Below, piece by piece: positions 1 through 13,426 of a DNA stretch of 64,000 nucleotides (the stretch's first letter is position 1; every line of letters begins with the position of its first letter). Both the position numbers and the translations under genes were made by a program. Below the pieces are notes generated by a model, which was not told where the DNA came from, did not search any database, and worked only from the letters and a program-made list of their open reading frames with translations. Where the stretch lies: contig OZ024747.1 in NCBI GenBank assembly GCA_964016885.1, positions 45,756,001 through 45,820,000 of the forward strand. The letters are read 5' to 3'. This DNA is from Eledone cirrhosa (lineage: Eukaryota).

Positions 1-330
1 ATTTTGCTCCAGTTGCTGTTGGCTTTAGTATCTCCTGCATTGGTAGTATAGGGATATCTCCAAAAATATCACTATACGTATTGTGCAAGTATGACCAGTT
101 CTTCCTTGATGCATGTCAGATTACCATTTCTGCTCTCTTGGAACAATCTATAAGTATACTTGCACGGATCTTAGAAAAAGTTCTTTCAACATTGCCACCT
201 GAGCTATCTTCTTTCTTTTCATCTCTCAATTCACACTAGCTGGCAGAGGTGCTTCTTAACATCATCATACAATATTTTCAAATGTGCCTTTTCTACTTCC
301 CTTGCCTCAATCCATCTGCTCTTCAACACC
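1..330 (-). mobile_element. Decayed Hero-like (R2 superfamily, RLE-type) non-LTR retrotransposon fragment, pre-RT region
   Basis: Manual minus-strand translation with stops gives RWIEAREVEKAHLKILYDDVKKHLCQLV*IER*KERR...KNFF*DPCKYTYRLFQESRNGNLTCIKEEL...HNTYSD. This resembles the Hero pattern FFxDPFxFAxxLFxExKSGxLxxxKEELExHLxxTYSD as I recall it. Confidence 0.6.
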
Positions 331-1112
331 TTGTGTGTTACAATTGCTTTGCCGGCAGACAGCTCAAGACACGATCATTGTGTGGATCTGTCTGATTGTG
401 GATCTGCAGTTTCGTCGGACACTTCTAATAACTTCAGATCAAATTTTCACACTTTGAGTTCAGATGCATCACTGATTTTTCGTTTTATATTATATCACAC
501 TCTGCTCTGTGGGAGTATAGAGTGCTCAACCAGCATACCGCCTATGGAAGCTTCTTAGCTACCATCAGACACACATAATTCAGGTATATAAGTGACTATA
601 CCATCAAGATGAAAAAATATTTAATGTAAGATGAGGGAAAAGTAATACAATCCTAATTCAAAACAAATCAAGAAGAAAACTTTGTCATCAAACTTTGTGT
701 AAGTTGGGGAAAAAGCAATACAATCTTAATTCAAAATAAAATCAAGAAGTAATACTTAACCGTCAATTTGGGGAAAACTACAAATGCACTATATAGTCTT
801 AAAAGACCATTTCACGAAACTTTTCAGTGGGGTTAGTCACGGTTGGAATCGATCTTCACTAGTGCTCAACACATTAACTAAATCACCACTGCTAAAATAC
901 CGAGGGGAAAAAAATAATCAACTGGGAGTTAAAAGCAGGCAAGCGAACAGCGTGTAGAAATGAAATAACAAAACAACACATGAACACAAACTAGTGATGG
1001 CGGGATGAGATGAGAAAAAGCAGTTTACAAGAAACAACAGTCAAAACATTCCGAAAACACCCACCAAAAAATATGCCGTTCAGCATAAGCAATATTATCG
1101 GTCTTTTTTTAA

Positions 1113-1113
1113 A

Positions 1114-1148
<35 letters not shown>

Positions 1149-1178
1149 TTATATATATATATATATATATATATACAT
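1113..1178. repeat. (TA)n microsatellite
   Basis: Seen directly; source of the spurious IYIYIY ORFs. Confidence 0.95.
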
Positions 1179-3292
1179 ACTCATTTATCATACATACTTT
1201 CATATGTACATACATCAAATGAATTTGTTGTGTCATGAGGAGGAGAAACCTAGAATTCTTACTGCACAGAATATATCTTCAGGAAAAAATTAATAAACTG
1301 ATATGAATACAATATTTAAATGGATACTAATATAATGATAAAAGTCACAGCTGGTCACTTCATTTTTTAAAAGCTAGACTAAGAACCAAAGTGTTAGATG
1401 TTAACAACACACTGTTAAAATCACTCAGTGTCTGAGACCAATCCATCTAATGGTAAAATAGTCAGGAAGAAGTAGAACTGTTTATACTGTAATCAGTCAG
1501 ATATTGAAAATCTTTTTGATAGTTTTGCATAGTATCAACAGAGATGACTTCCCTCTACCAACTTGACTTGTATGAAATATTCTATATAAGCACAATGTAT
1601 TCCGTGATAGCATATTGTTCTGTACACAAAAAAACATTCTCTTACAGCATCTGAGCTCACATCATTGAGGTAGCAATGATGGAGTCATTTTTCTCTTATT
1701 TTTGTTATGTTCTTACACACATCATATACATTAAATACAGAAGCAATTCTAATGAAAGACACTGTCTATGAAACCTTATAGATTTTACCAATTAAATTTT
1801 CCCCATATATCTCAAATAGAAATTAGTCTGTTGGATTCCAAATGTTCAGACATTCAATGAAAAATCACAATTCTCATTGACAATGAGAGAAGTATTCAAT
1901 GTGTTTTAATGATTTAGCAATGTTATTCTTAACCATTATCTGTTATAGAGAATAACAAAGCTTTATTTAAATTTATCATTAATATGTGGAACCTCTGATT
2001 TATGCTTTTTTTTTTCTTTGTCTTAACTATTTCCAGCCTGAAGCTGTTTTCTTTTCTTATATGGAATGGGCCCTCATCGGTTTCAATGATGAATGTTATA
2101 TTTTTTTTATCAATGGTACATGAAATTAAGGGGCAAATGGTTGAATATTCCAGACACATGTATCCATAACCTAATTCTTGGGGAGAACCAGTGTGACAAT
2201 TTGTAACATGGCTGGCTCTATGAATTACAGGTTTCCAAACAGTTTCCATCTATCCAATTTCACTCACAAGACGTGGGTCTCAGATTCTTTGTATGCATCT
2301 GTTGTATATAAATCAGTATAGACTTGTGTCCTTTTGTCAAAACTTTAACATATAAATAAATACAGATAATTACAGATAAAAACGTATAAATACAGATAAA
2401 AAAAGTACTGGTGTCAATTAAAATTCCTTAAAGGATGCATCCTAGCATAGTGAGTTTGAAACCAGTAAATAAATAGAATAATACATAACACAGTGCCTCA
2501 ACATAACGTTGCAAAATTTGCAGCCATGTTAATCATATCAAGAAAACATAAGAAGAATTTTGTATAGGTGATTTAATAAACATATATATTAGATGGTTTG
2601 TTGTATTTTCACTAAGGACAAACTCCTCAACTCTATAATTGCTTTCAAAATAGTTATCTGCACTTGAGTCTCCAGGGGGACTTAACGCATAAAGGCATCA
2701 TTCAACTATTTATTGTGTCTGGTTTGGGAAGTTATTTTGCTCCAGACTAATACTGATCAATGATTTTTAACAAGTTCTTCATAACCACTTGAAACTTTTC
2801 AGTTGGTCTCTGTCTACCAAAACACTATACAGCATTTCAGACAATTTTCATACTAATTAGTAGACTTGCCAAAAATAAAACTTTCCATTTGGCATTGTCT
2901 TCATTTTTGTAACTCCCACTAATTCTTCAACTTTTATATAGCTTACTGTTGTAGATTCTTCCATATTGAAAGGAGAGACATAAAGAAGAAAAGAAAAAAA
3001 CAGCAACAACAAACTCCCGCAAATAACATTGTAAATCTAAATAATTATTTTGATGTAACCTTCATACTATAATGTTTTATTTGTTATTGGTGGTGCTTTT
3101 TTGCTTATTTGTCGTAGTGTGTGTGTGGGGGGGGGGGGTCCTCAGGAAACTGTTTCATTTAAGACAAATTATGTTGGGAAAATGAGCAGCAGTTCATTTA
3201 ATTACATATATTTTGAAAGAAATATTGCAATTTTGACAGAGTAAATGTGAAGGTGTAACCAAGTAATAAATATTGAGAGTCACATAAATTTA

Positions 3293-3478
3293 ATTGTTTC
3301 TACTTTTGGCACAAGGCCAGCAATTTACCAGTACATTACTGGTACTTTATTTTATCGACCACGTAAGGATGAAAGGCAAAGTTAACTTCGGCGGGATTTG
3401 AACTCAGTCTGTAAAGGGACGTAACTGTATGCTGAAAACATGGTGTCCGACTCTCTACCAATACTGCCAATCCACAGC
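3293..3478 (-). mobile_element. tRNA-derived SINE family A (~185 bp)
   Basis: Reverse complement of the family A unit seen at 10853. It has B-box GAGTTCAAATCCC, an (ATT)n-like tail and a flanking duplication ATAAATTTAAT. Confidence 0.9.
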
Positions 3479-3949
3479 AGTAACATATAAATTTAATGAT
3501 ATGTTATTAATTTTTGTTGTCATTGTTGTTTAGCCATTCCTCTCCATCCCTTCATAGAACAAATCTATGATCAAAGACATTCCAGCAATGATTGTTGTTT
3601 ATTCTTTTTTCAGATATGATTTATTTCAAACTACCTTTTTACAAATATATCCTTTATCTTTTAAAGATACTAGTATGTGATTTGAAAGAATTATAGCTGT
3701 AATTTCTTGCAAATAGCTGGACCTGTTAGAAATTCCATTGCTAATTCAAACAATAGCAAGCTGATTGACATTATCAGCATTACTGTACCAGCTCCTGCAA
3801 TTATTGCACTTAATTCAACTCCCTGCCATCCATTTACACATGAACAGTCATCCTCCTAATTTTAGAAAATTCTCTTTGACTATCTATGGACAATTCAAAT
3901 TTCTCTTTTAATTCACAAACAAATGTTTATTTCATGCATTTAAGGCTCT

Positions 3950-4700
3950 GTCTGCACGCCAGATCAGATGAGAAGCTCGGAGAAAAAGATGAGGAGGGTG
4001 CTCATCAGGGAGATGCTTTTTACTGATGATGCAGCCCTTTTGGCTCATTCTGGGGAGGCTCTTCAGAGACTGAGTGATCACTTTGCTGCTGTTTACAAGC
4101 AGTTCAGGCTTACTATAAGACTGAAGAAGACCAACGTCAGAGCACTGACAGAACACACACAGATTCGATTCTACTAGGCCTGTGTTCTTAGCACTTTGCT
4201 TTACGGAAGTGAAACATGGAGCATCTACATGAGGCAATAATAGCCTCCACATGTGGTGTCTCCAACATATCTTCAGAGTTAGCTGGCAGAATGATATCCC
4301 ACACAATGACATCCTACAATGTGCCAGGATTCCCAGCATGTATTCCCTGGGTCACTCATCCCTTCATTTCAGGGATGCATGCAAGAGTGGCATGAAAGCC
4401 TGCAACACCCCTCCTTCCAGCTGGGAGAGACAGCCTGGGGCTGCGATGCCTGTGTCAAACTTTCCACAAGGGCATCGCAGATGCAGATGCAAAAAGAGGT
4501 CAACTTGCAGCAGAAAAGAGGCATCGAAAAAAGCACATTGCAGACATACCAACAACCTAAGATTCTACATATAACCTGCACCAAGTGCAACAGGCACTGT
4601 CACTCATGCATTGGTCTGTACAATCACAGTAGACAATGACAAAGACTAGCCATAACTCTAAGTTCATTAAGCATGGTCTCTCGAGACTGAGATACCAATG
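3950..4700 (+). mobile_element. RTE-clade LINE 3' fragment, internally deleted
   Basis: REMLFTDDAAL (FADD motif), LLYGSETW-like segment, C-terminal C2H2 CTKCNRHCHSCIGLYNHSR typical of RTE/BovB, then a short 3' UTR. Confidence 0.85.
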
Positions 4701-4786
4701 AGAGATATGCATTTAATATGACTTATTATCTTTCTTTAAGAAGTCATTATTATTATAGCTATTTTTATATTTATTATTAGTATATT

Positions 4787-4980
4787 GGCAGTGGATTGGC
4801 AGTATCGGTAGAGAGTCGGACGCCATGCTTTGAAGCATAGAGTTACGTCCCTTTATGATCTGAGTTCAAATCCCACCGAGGTTAACTTTCCCTTTCATCC
4901 TTACGGGGTCGATAAAATAAAGTACCAGTAATGTACTGGGTATTTGCTGGCCTTGTGCCTAAAATAGAAACAATTATTAT
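4787..4980 (+). mobile_element. SINE family A
   Basis: Full unit GGCAGTGGATTGGCAG...GAGTTCAAATCCC...AGAAACAATTATTATT. Confidence 0.92.
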
Positions 4981-5899
4981 TATAGCTAATATGAACACTG
5001 ACTACATCAAACAAATTCAGTCTCCTCAGCGCTCAAATATATTTAAATATTTTTTTACTGAATAATGAGTGAGTACATAAGAGATTGAACTTGTATATCT
5101 CTTTTTTTAAATTACTAAAGATAAAATGGAAAATATTTTTATACACCAACAACAAAAGAAAATATAAACTTTCTTGTTTTCTCCATATTCTGCCTTATCT
5201 GGTCTTAATTCCATGAAACAAAGGATAACAAAAGATTGATGTTGTTATTTTTGCCTAATTACATATGTTATATTAATGGGCTGTTCATGTTTATACTAGC
5301 ATAATAGGATATAATTTTGAAATTATTGGTTAAAAACGTGGGTGGGGGAACAATGAGAAAACTTTACATATTTCTTGTATCCAAGATAGACTAAGTAATC
5401 TAATAACCAAATCTTCTCTTTGAATATGCTGAAGTAAAACTTTAATCCATTTCAGTAATTCAGTATCTAAATGTGATAAAAATATAAATACACAAATGAT
5501 TTTATTTTCCATAAACACTGAAAAGGCCAGTTTTGCTTTTGGCTATGATTATCTTATCAACAATTTTACTCTTTACAATCAGTAAGAAAGAACTTTTTTT
5601 TTATTTTCATTTTAAAAGTAGCATAAAAATAATTTATATATTTATGGAATAAATTAAATTGCCTTTATCTTATGCAGCTTTGTTCATTTCGGAATTATTC
5701 TTGAAGAAAATGTAGTAAATTCTTCAAAGATAATGTATTTTTTAAATATCCGTGTACAGAGATAAGAAGTTGAATTTGTAATATTTTACAAAAATGTTTA
5801 GAGAAATTATTATTTACAGATTTCAGGTTTTTAGAATAAAATCCGATAAAATAAAATATTTCAATCCATATGACTTCATTTATTGAATTAAGTGAAATT

Positions 5900-5986
<87 letters not shown>

Positions 5987-6143
5987 GTATATATATACAT
6001 ACATATACGTATATATATATATATATGTGTGTCTGTTTTTAGGCACCCCCTACTCACATAGATATATGAGTATGTAAATATGGAAAAGTAGATGTAAAAT
6101 TTATGAGTATATATATATATGTGTGTGTATGTCTCTCTCTTTC

Positions 6144-6182
<39 letters not shown>

Positions 6183-6186
6183 ATAC
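5900..6186. repeat. Compound (TA)n/(TG)n microsatellites
   Basis: Seen directly. Confidence 0.9.
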
Positions 6187-6782
6187 ACAAGACAATGAAC
6201 AATAAGGCAAAACGAAAAACAATTTTTTAAGGGAAAACCTTAACAAATTACTTTTTAAAAAATACAAATACAAGCGAAGGATACAGAACTCCAGCCGTTG
6301 AGATGGACCTTGCCAGTTTTGACCCTACCAACAGAACTGCTGATCCACCCAGGGTCACAGCGTCTGATACAAACCACATGCTGTCCAGTGGAGTAAGAGA
6401 CAAATGAGAGACAAAACATTAATATATAGCAATTAAGTTACAAATACACATAGAATTTTATGTGATGTCAAGGGAAAAGTGTAGTGTCTCTTATAGCACG
6501 AGAGTCATGAATAAAACAAAGGAAAAAAGGATTTTAAAAAAGCAAGAAGAAGATATTAAGAAATTGTGTTAAAAAATGTAAGCCATTGCAATAAATGAGG
6601 GGAGAAGAGATAACATGTACGTCACATTAGTATTGATAAACTTAAGAGAATACAAGACAATGAATGGAAATAAGGCAAGATGAATACATTTTCAAGGGGA
6701 AAACTTAAAAAATTATTTTTTTAAATTAAAAAGGATCATTGGCCATTGAGATGGAATTTGGCCGCTTCGACCCCTACCAACG
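6187..6782. repeat. Diverged direct repeat, two ~130-150 bp units about 465 bp apart
   Basis: ACAAGACAATGAA..AATAAGGCAA..AAGGG.AAA...TTGAGATGGA...GACCC.TACCAAC occurs at 6187-6332 and 6652-6782. Confidence 0.7.
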
Positions 6783-6999
6783 TTTGCATACTGTTATTTT
6801 TTAATCTTATGCTATTAGAAGCAGCCACCTCTATTTTAGCTGCTTGTGTTCATAGTTAAGAGTAGGCACAAACACCAAATGGAAGAGAGCAAGTTTTGTT
6901 TTTACACCTATCTTCCTTCTTCTCATGACTAAGTGTATGGTAATATTTTTGCATTTAATTCTGATACCTGCCTTCCATCATTCAAAAAAAAAAAGAAAG

Positions 7000-7450
7000 C
7001 CATGAGATTCTTAAACTTCTTTACCTGCTTCAGTGTAGGTCGACTTACATGCAGAGTGCACTGTGTCTTAGTCTTTGTAGCTTTAATTCAATTCCTTGAG
7101 TATGTCAGAGATCACCTGCTGGTTAGTTAATTATTACCATCATCTACAAGTTACAGCTGACTGATCCTACACCCAACAGTTTTTTTCATCACTTCCGAAC
7201 CAGCTATGAATGTCAATCCAGTTCATAAAGATTATGAGCAGAAGAATTGACAATACATGCCCTTGTCAGAGCCCGAGATTAAGCTGAAATCAGCCTTTAG
7301 ATCAGTAAATAAATTTTACTGGTAGCCCAATTCACTGACTTGGTAATGAGAAGACCCCATCCATGTTTGTTCTTCTCTTTGAAGAGAGGTGTATCTTCAT
7401 GAAATGGAGAGAATACATTGGTCATCTCCTTAATCTAGAGTAGATTTCTC
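7000..7450 (-). mobile_element. Decayed LINE reverse transcriptase fragment (RTE-like)
   Basis: Minus-strand GL*QGHVLSILLLIIFMNWID matches the RT motif GLRQGCVLSPLLF. Confidence 0.65.
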
Positions 7451-8506
7451 CTTCCTAGCTAATTTTTCTGTCAAAACTCATCATTATTGTTATTCAGAGG
7501 TATTTCTCAGGAGATCTATATTTCTCTGGAGAACTGCATACTTTAGAGAAAGTAACTAATCTTTTCCCCATAATTGGAAAAAGATCTGAAATCTGCTTCG
7601 AATATTGAATATTATACACCAATTTTACCATATTATATCTAATTGACACTACACTGTTCTCTATCAGTATATGTCCCCTACTTTTTTTCATCTTATTATG
7701 ACTCTTATTCTCTCTTCCTCTCTTCCTTGTGAGCACATATATGTAACTTCATATAACTCTGCCTCATTAGCTTTTAAATATATGTCTACCACTCCAGTAT
7801 TTCTCTGCTTCATTTCCTACTACCACTGCCTTCATAAATGTAGGATTTCAACATCATGTTCCCATATATATATATAAAAATATAATGAGAAAATAAAAGA
7901 TGAAATAGAAAGATAGAGAATGAGAAGAGGAAAGAATGGAAAAAAATTGAGACCTGCCAATGTGACTACAACTACCACAGTAAGAGAGATAAGATATATT
8001 TACCTGTTGTCAGACCCTATCTATGCCCGAAATAATACCAGCATGGTGCACAGTAGTACAGACATGTACAGAATTAACAACAAGGTAAAAGTTTGTACAA
8101 TACTGACTAGGTGATAAGAATAACATTTTTTTACTAGAAATAGTAGTCAATTTAGAAACATCTATAAACTAGACATTTAAGGAGCAGCAACTAATAATAC
8201 ATATTTCAAGATTACTTTGTAATATACAGTACATCTCAAGGAATAATATCGCTTAGAATATAAATCTTATAAATACAAATATTGAACTATCACAAACAGG
8301 GCTCAGAAATGACTAATATTAGGCAGTGAATTGGCAGAGTCATTAGAACTTTGGATAAACTGCTTTGCAGTATTCATTCTGCCCCTCCATATTCTGAGTC
8401 CAAATCCCCCCAAGGATACTTTTCCTTTCATACATTTGATGTCGATGAATAGGGTTAGTTTCTCTATCTCACCCTCTCCATATATATATATATATATATA
8501 TATATA

Positions 8507-8730
8507 GTAATAATAATAAATTTGAAGACTAAGATCCAAAGAGGGCTCGATAAGGATAAATATATATCAAATATATAAGAACCGTAGAGCAAATATTTAT
8601 TAAAATAACAGATTCAAGTTTAAGCAAAGAATCGCTGCTTTCACCCTTAACGGGATCTTCTGAGAAGATCCCGTTAAGGGGGAAAGCAGCGATTCTTTGC
8701 TTAAACTTTAATCTGTTATTTTAATAAATA
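8507..8730. repeat. Repeat abutting (TA)n, with a near-perfect fold-back of 67-bp arms (8594-8660 / 8664-8730)
   Basis: Inverted repeat seen directly. 8507-8663 is nearly identical to 35201-35358. Confidence 0.9.
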
Positions 8731-10200
8731 TATATATATTCAATTGAAGAAAGTTGGTTGATTGAAAATCTGCCAACTTTTTCTTAACAGATATATAACA
8801 CTCCACGGTTCATCCAGAGTTTTAATATAATAATAAACAAGAAAGACGGTTTCATTTGTACATCCTTATTTATTTTGTTATACGTATTTCAAAGATGTAT
8901 GGCAGTTGTATAACAGCTACTCTATGTGTTTTCTTCCGATAAAAATCCAAATGCTATGTAAATATCGATTGATATGTTACTGGTCATATGTATTATTCCC
9001 TTCGCCGACCAGTAAACATATGTCCGAAATTTTAAGTACCAGTTCTTATATGTGTGGGAGATAGATATTCCAATTGGTGTTGTTTCTTGTGAACTGGCTA
9101 GAGTATCAAGTTACCAGATTGGTTGCTTGATTCCTAGTGAAGCATGTTTGAACTGTTAGTCTATTTTTTTTTATTTTTATACTATATATACTGGTGTTGA
9201 TTGAATGAACTACAGTTTCTCCCAGCAAAATGTGTAGTCTTCAGTCGATAGTAGAAATCTATATTAATATCTGTCATATTCTTTAATATTGATTTCTAAT
9301 TAATAGTTCTCTATATTCTGAATTCAAATGCTGCCAAAGTAGATTTTACCTTTTATTCTTCCATACATTGGTAAATTAAGGTACCAGTGAAGCACCAATG
9401 GGTGGTGGTCGATTACTTCTTCTACAAGAAAGAAAGTTAAGGTCTTCTGTCAGATATAAATCAATATATTTTGGATGATAGCTTCAGATTTTAGACAAGC
9501 ATATGACTACTGACAGGATCAGCTCAGTATCAGATGTCAACCAAATCAGACAAGTACGAAGTTATTGCAAATTTAACAAGAAAATATATTTTAAATTGTT
9601 AAATATTTCTAAAATTAAAAAAATTCCTATCACTTTATTTTCATAAAATCATATTAAATGAATGAATGACATCCTTTTCTGTCTTCTTATTTTATAAGCT
9701 AAATAAAATAAAATTGCAATTTTACAAAAATAGTGATAAATTGCCAAACCTATATATTTCTGACATCTAATGTATGTGATATGAAGAGGAAATTAATATA
9801 GTCAAAATAAGTGCAAGCATTTCGTTTGCAAATTTATTGGTACTAAAATATTTCTAGAAGAAAATATATAATAATTTTCACTTGAGATATATTTGCTTTT
9901 AATTTCATGATGAAGTAGAGTCAGTGCTGACAACATCAATATGGTGCTAACCCACTAGGTCAAAGGATCAAAATATAACATATGTAGTAAAGTGAGTTTT
10001 TCAACTCACTATAATACATATGTGAAGTCTTGCTGTATTTATGTTTAGCATACAAAACTTTCCATGGGGGTATTTTCATCCAGACATTCGTAATCAACAT
10101 CACTGCGTTCCCTTTGTTTCTATATATAAAATTAATCACTTCTATGTATTCCCAGATTAGTAGAATATGCATCACTGAATGGATCTATTAAGATAGAAAC

Positions 10201-10234
<34 letters not shown>

Positions 10235-10268
10235 GTTTAACATCTATCTTCCATGCTAGCATGGGTTT
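10201..10268 (-). mobile_element. Very short RTE 3' stub with (GAT)n tail
   Basis: (CAT)n CGTTTAACATCTATCTTCCATGCTAGCATGGGT matches the terminus of the RTE at 38511. Confidence 0.8.
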
Positions 10269-10852
10269 ATGTAGTTTACATTCACCATTTGATTTTAAAA
10301 ACAAAATCCACACCTATCTGCATAGCCTATACTTCGTAGAATTTCAATTTATTTTAAACATTCTTAGATGAATATTTTGTAGCTATTAATGACAGAGATA
10401 ATCTCAGTTAACCTAAACAGATTAACTCACTATATTACATATTTGGGACTCTAACGAAAGATCAAAGGTTTGCACTGTCTTACTAGCAATATACTTGTCT
10501 ATGACTGTCTTACTAATCTCTTCCTCATCCACTATATCTATTTGTAACTAAGTACCATAGGAAAGGTATAATTTTACAAATGTAATGAGCAAAGCTTTTG
10601 TAAAACAATCAAGGTTATGTTAACCTTTTTTATATTTAAATCTCCTAGTGGTACATCTTAGTAATTCAAACACACACCTATTTGGAAACTATGGAGTTCA
10701 TACTATTATGAACATATGATGACAACTTGCTGGACTTTCGAAATAAAATGCTGTGAAAAATAACAAAATTGAGGTTTTATTGTATGCATGAACATGTTTG
10801 CGTGATAAAAGATTATTATTATTATTATCATTATTATTATTATTATTATGAA

Positions 10853-11044
10853 GGCGGTGGATTGGCAGTACGGTAGAGGGTCGGATGCCATGCTTTCCAG
10901 CATAGTTACGTCCCTTTACGGTCTGAGTTCAAATCCCGCCGAGGTTGACTTTACCTTTCATCCTTACGGGGTCGATAAAATAAAGTACCAGTAATACACT
11001 GGGATAATTGCTGGCCTTGTGCCAAAAGTAGAAACAATTATTAT
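10853..11044 (+). mobile_element. SINE family A, first of a tandem pair
   Basis: Full unit with tRNA-like head and B-box; preceded by (ATT)n. Confidence 0.93.
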
Positions 11045-11058
11045 TTAACATGAGATAG

Positions 11059-11252
11059 GGCGGTGGATTGGCAGTATTGGTAGGGGGTCGGACGCCATGC
11101 TTTGACGCATAGAGTTACGACCCTTGCCATTCTGAGTACAAATCCCGCCGAGGTTAACTTTGCTTTTCATCCTTACGGGGTCGATAAAATAAAGTACCAG
11201 TAATGCACTGGGTAATTGCTGGCCTTGTGCCAAAAGTAGAAACAATTATTAT
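11059..11252 (+). mobile_element. SINE family A, second of a tandem pair
   Basis: Full unit flanked by a duplicated TTATTTAACATGAG. Confidence 0.93.
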
Positions 11253-12439
11253 TTAACATGAGGATTTACTATATTGTTGAAAAAATCATGTGATTCTCTT
11301 AACATTAGTCCATTAGAACAATATCATAAGTTGATCTACTATATCATAATTAGTTTTGTCATTAATCTCAAGAGTTCAGGATCTTGTCACCTTGTTTTAA
11401 CATCTTAAAGGACTCTTAGACTTTGATCTGGATATTTAATTCAGAGATAGCTTTATCAGCTGGCTCATTTATCATTTTATGTGTCAAATTGTTTGCAATC
11501 AATATGACATAGTTTTAGTGCAGTGTAGATTATGTGGCACAGTTGTGACAGTTCTGTAAAGAAATAAAATCCACCATGAAAACATCCATGCTATTATGAC
11601 AAATGCCACCTGATGCCAAATAGCTTAAAACTATATAGATCACAGTGATTTGGCAATAAGATGTTGCCCAGATTTTCTTTTAATATAAGACAAGCTGGCA
11701 TCAAATTGATTTTAAACTATTACTCAAAAAATACTTGGAATTCTTATCCCTTGTTTTCTTTTCAAGTTGTTTCCTGGCACCCAGCAAAGCCTGTCAATTG
11801 GAATTTTTCTGTAAGTGTTGAGATAATGATAAAAGAGTGCTGGCTAATTCTGGCATGAATTTTCACCAATGAAAATATAAATTCAATTGATTAAAGTCTC
11901 TTGGGAAATAAATGGATCTATGTCTTCTGTAGCGATAACAGAGATTATGTGTTGAAAAATATATCAAAGGAAGATAGATCTGCAAATTGTTTCATTGTAC
12001 ATTTTTACCACACAGGAAAAAATATATGAAACACATATTATCTAATATTACTAAAGAAGGCGAGGAGTTATTTGTTAACTTAAATATTGATTGAAGATTT
12101 GTGGTATTTATTTAGTTCCTTTGTATTTTGAGTTCAAATCTGTGACTTAGCTTCTCATCTTTAAATGAGTTCATAAACTAAATATCAGTCAAATATTACG
12201 GTTAGTTACCCTGCATCTTATATTTCTCTCTATATACTGAAGATACAAATTAATATTTATTTCCATTTTTCGTTGGTATGTGTTCAATTTCCCACAGGTT
12301 CTACATTTCCATTCTATTTATAGGGGATGATGAAACAGTACCACTTGTATTACTGACACACTACCAATAATATCTAAGACTAAAAAAAGTCTAAAGTCTG
12401 TCTTAAGCCAGAAGGCTCATTAGACCAGTGCTTATACTG

Positions 12440-12668
12440 GTTGTGTGGAATAAACTGGCTGAAAGTACAAGATTGCCTCTGGACAGGATGCCAGTCCATT
12501 GCAGAGATAAACTCCCAGCTATTGCTGGTACACATTCTCAGCTGAGTATACTGGAGCAACGTGAAATGAAGGTTTTTTGCTTAAGAATACAACATGCAAC
12601 CAAGCCCAGCAATTGAACCCACAACATTATGAGTGTAAGTCCAACACCCTTACCACTAGGCCACATGC
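12440..12668 (-). mobile_element. SINE family B-related copy
   Basis: Shares CAGCTGAGTA.ACTGGAGCAA.GTGAAAT and the tRNA-like head (CCACTAGGCCACATGCC) with 13427-13743. Confidence 0.75.
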
Positions 12669-12974
12669 CTCCCCACCAGTACTATATACATATTTATTCA
12701 ATTATCAATGATGTTTCATTTCAAAGGTGGTTAGTCTATTTTATTTACTTTGAACACAAAGAAATTAGATTAATGTTCACAGTGCTATATATGACTACTT
12801 TCACTATATGAGATGTAACAAGGCTTGATAAATGGAGTAGATCTGTTGAAAAGACCAACAATATGGACAAGATTTAATGTGAGTTTAAAAGAAATTCAAA
12901 TTAGTGATCATGATGTTGACAATTATGTAGTATTTTTCCTGTGAGTAGCATATTAAATATGTTCACTTTGCTAT

Positions 12975-13285
12975 CATTAGGTCCTGGGTTCAATTCAGCT
13001 GCCTAACATTTTGGGCCAGTGTCATTTACCATGGCTTGAAACCAATTCAAGCCTTGTAAGGGAAGTTGGCTAGATGGAAACTGTTTGGTTGCTCATTGAA
13101 TGGACTGTACATGTTATTCAATGATCAAGCCTAGTCAGACATATTGTGTCATGCTGAATTTCCCTGAAAATTACATTAAGAGTACATGTGTTTGTGGAAT
13201 GCTCAGCCGGTTATACATTCATTTCACAGCAGGCCATTCCATTGATTGAACAACTGGAACATTCATCGATGAACCAATGGATATC
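12975..13285 (+). mobile_element. Older decayed SINE-like repeat
   Basis: Starts with B-box-like GGGTTCAATT. Related reverse-complement segments lie at about 2230-2280, 17150-17275, 38085-38200, 46930-47165 and 47770-47880. Confidence 0.55.
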
Positions 13286-13426
13286 TATCCTATAATGCAT
13301 GAGAGCAATTATCACCACATTTTAATTAATAACATTTTATTAACAATTCTGTGTCAAGTGACATAAATTACAAAATGTGTGTAACCTGATGCTATATATT
13401 ATGTTTACATAATTTACATCATAGAA

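Noticed and set aside
630-830. Short tandem duplication with a mariner-like IKFCVKLGK resemblance
   Set aside because: Too short and degenerate, and no TIRs were found.
1929-2249. 106-aa minus-strand ORF
   Set aside because: No recognisable domain; it starts within a decayed repeat and runs through homopolymers.
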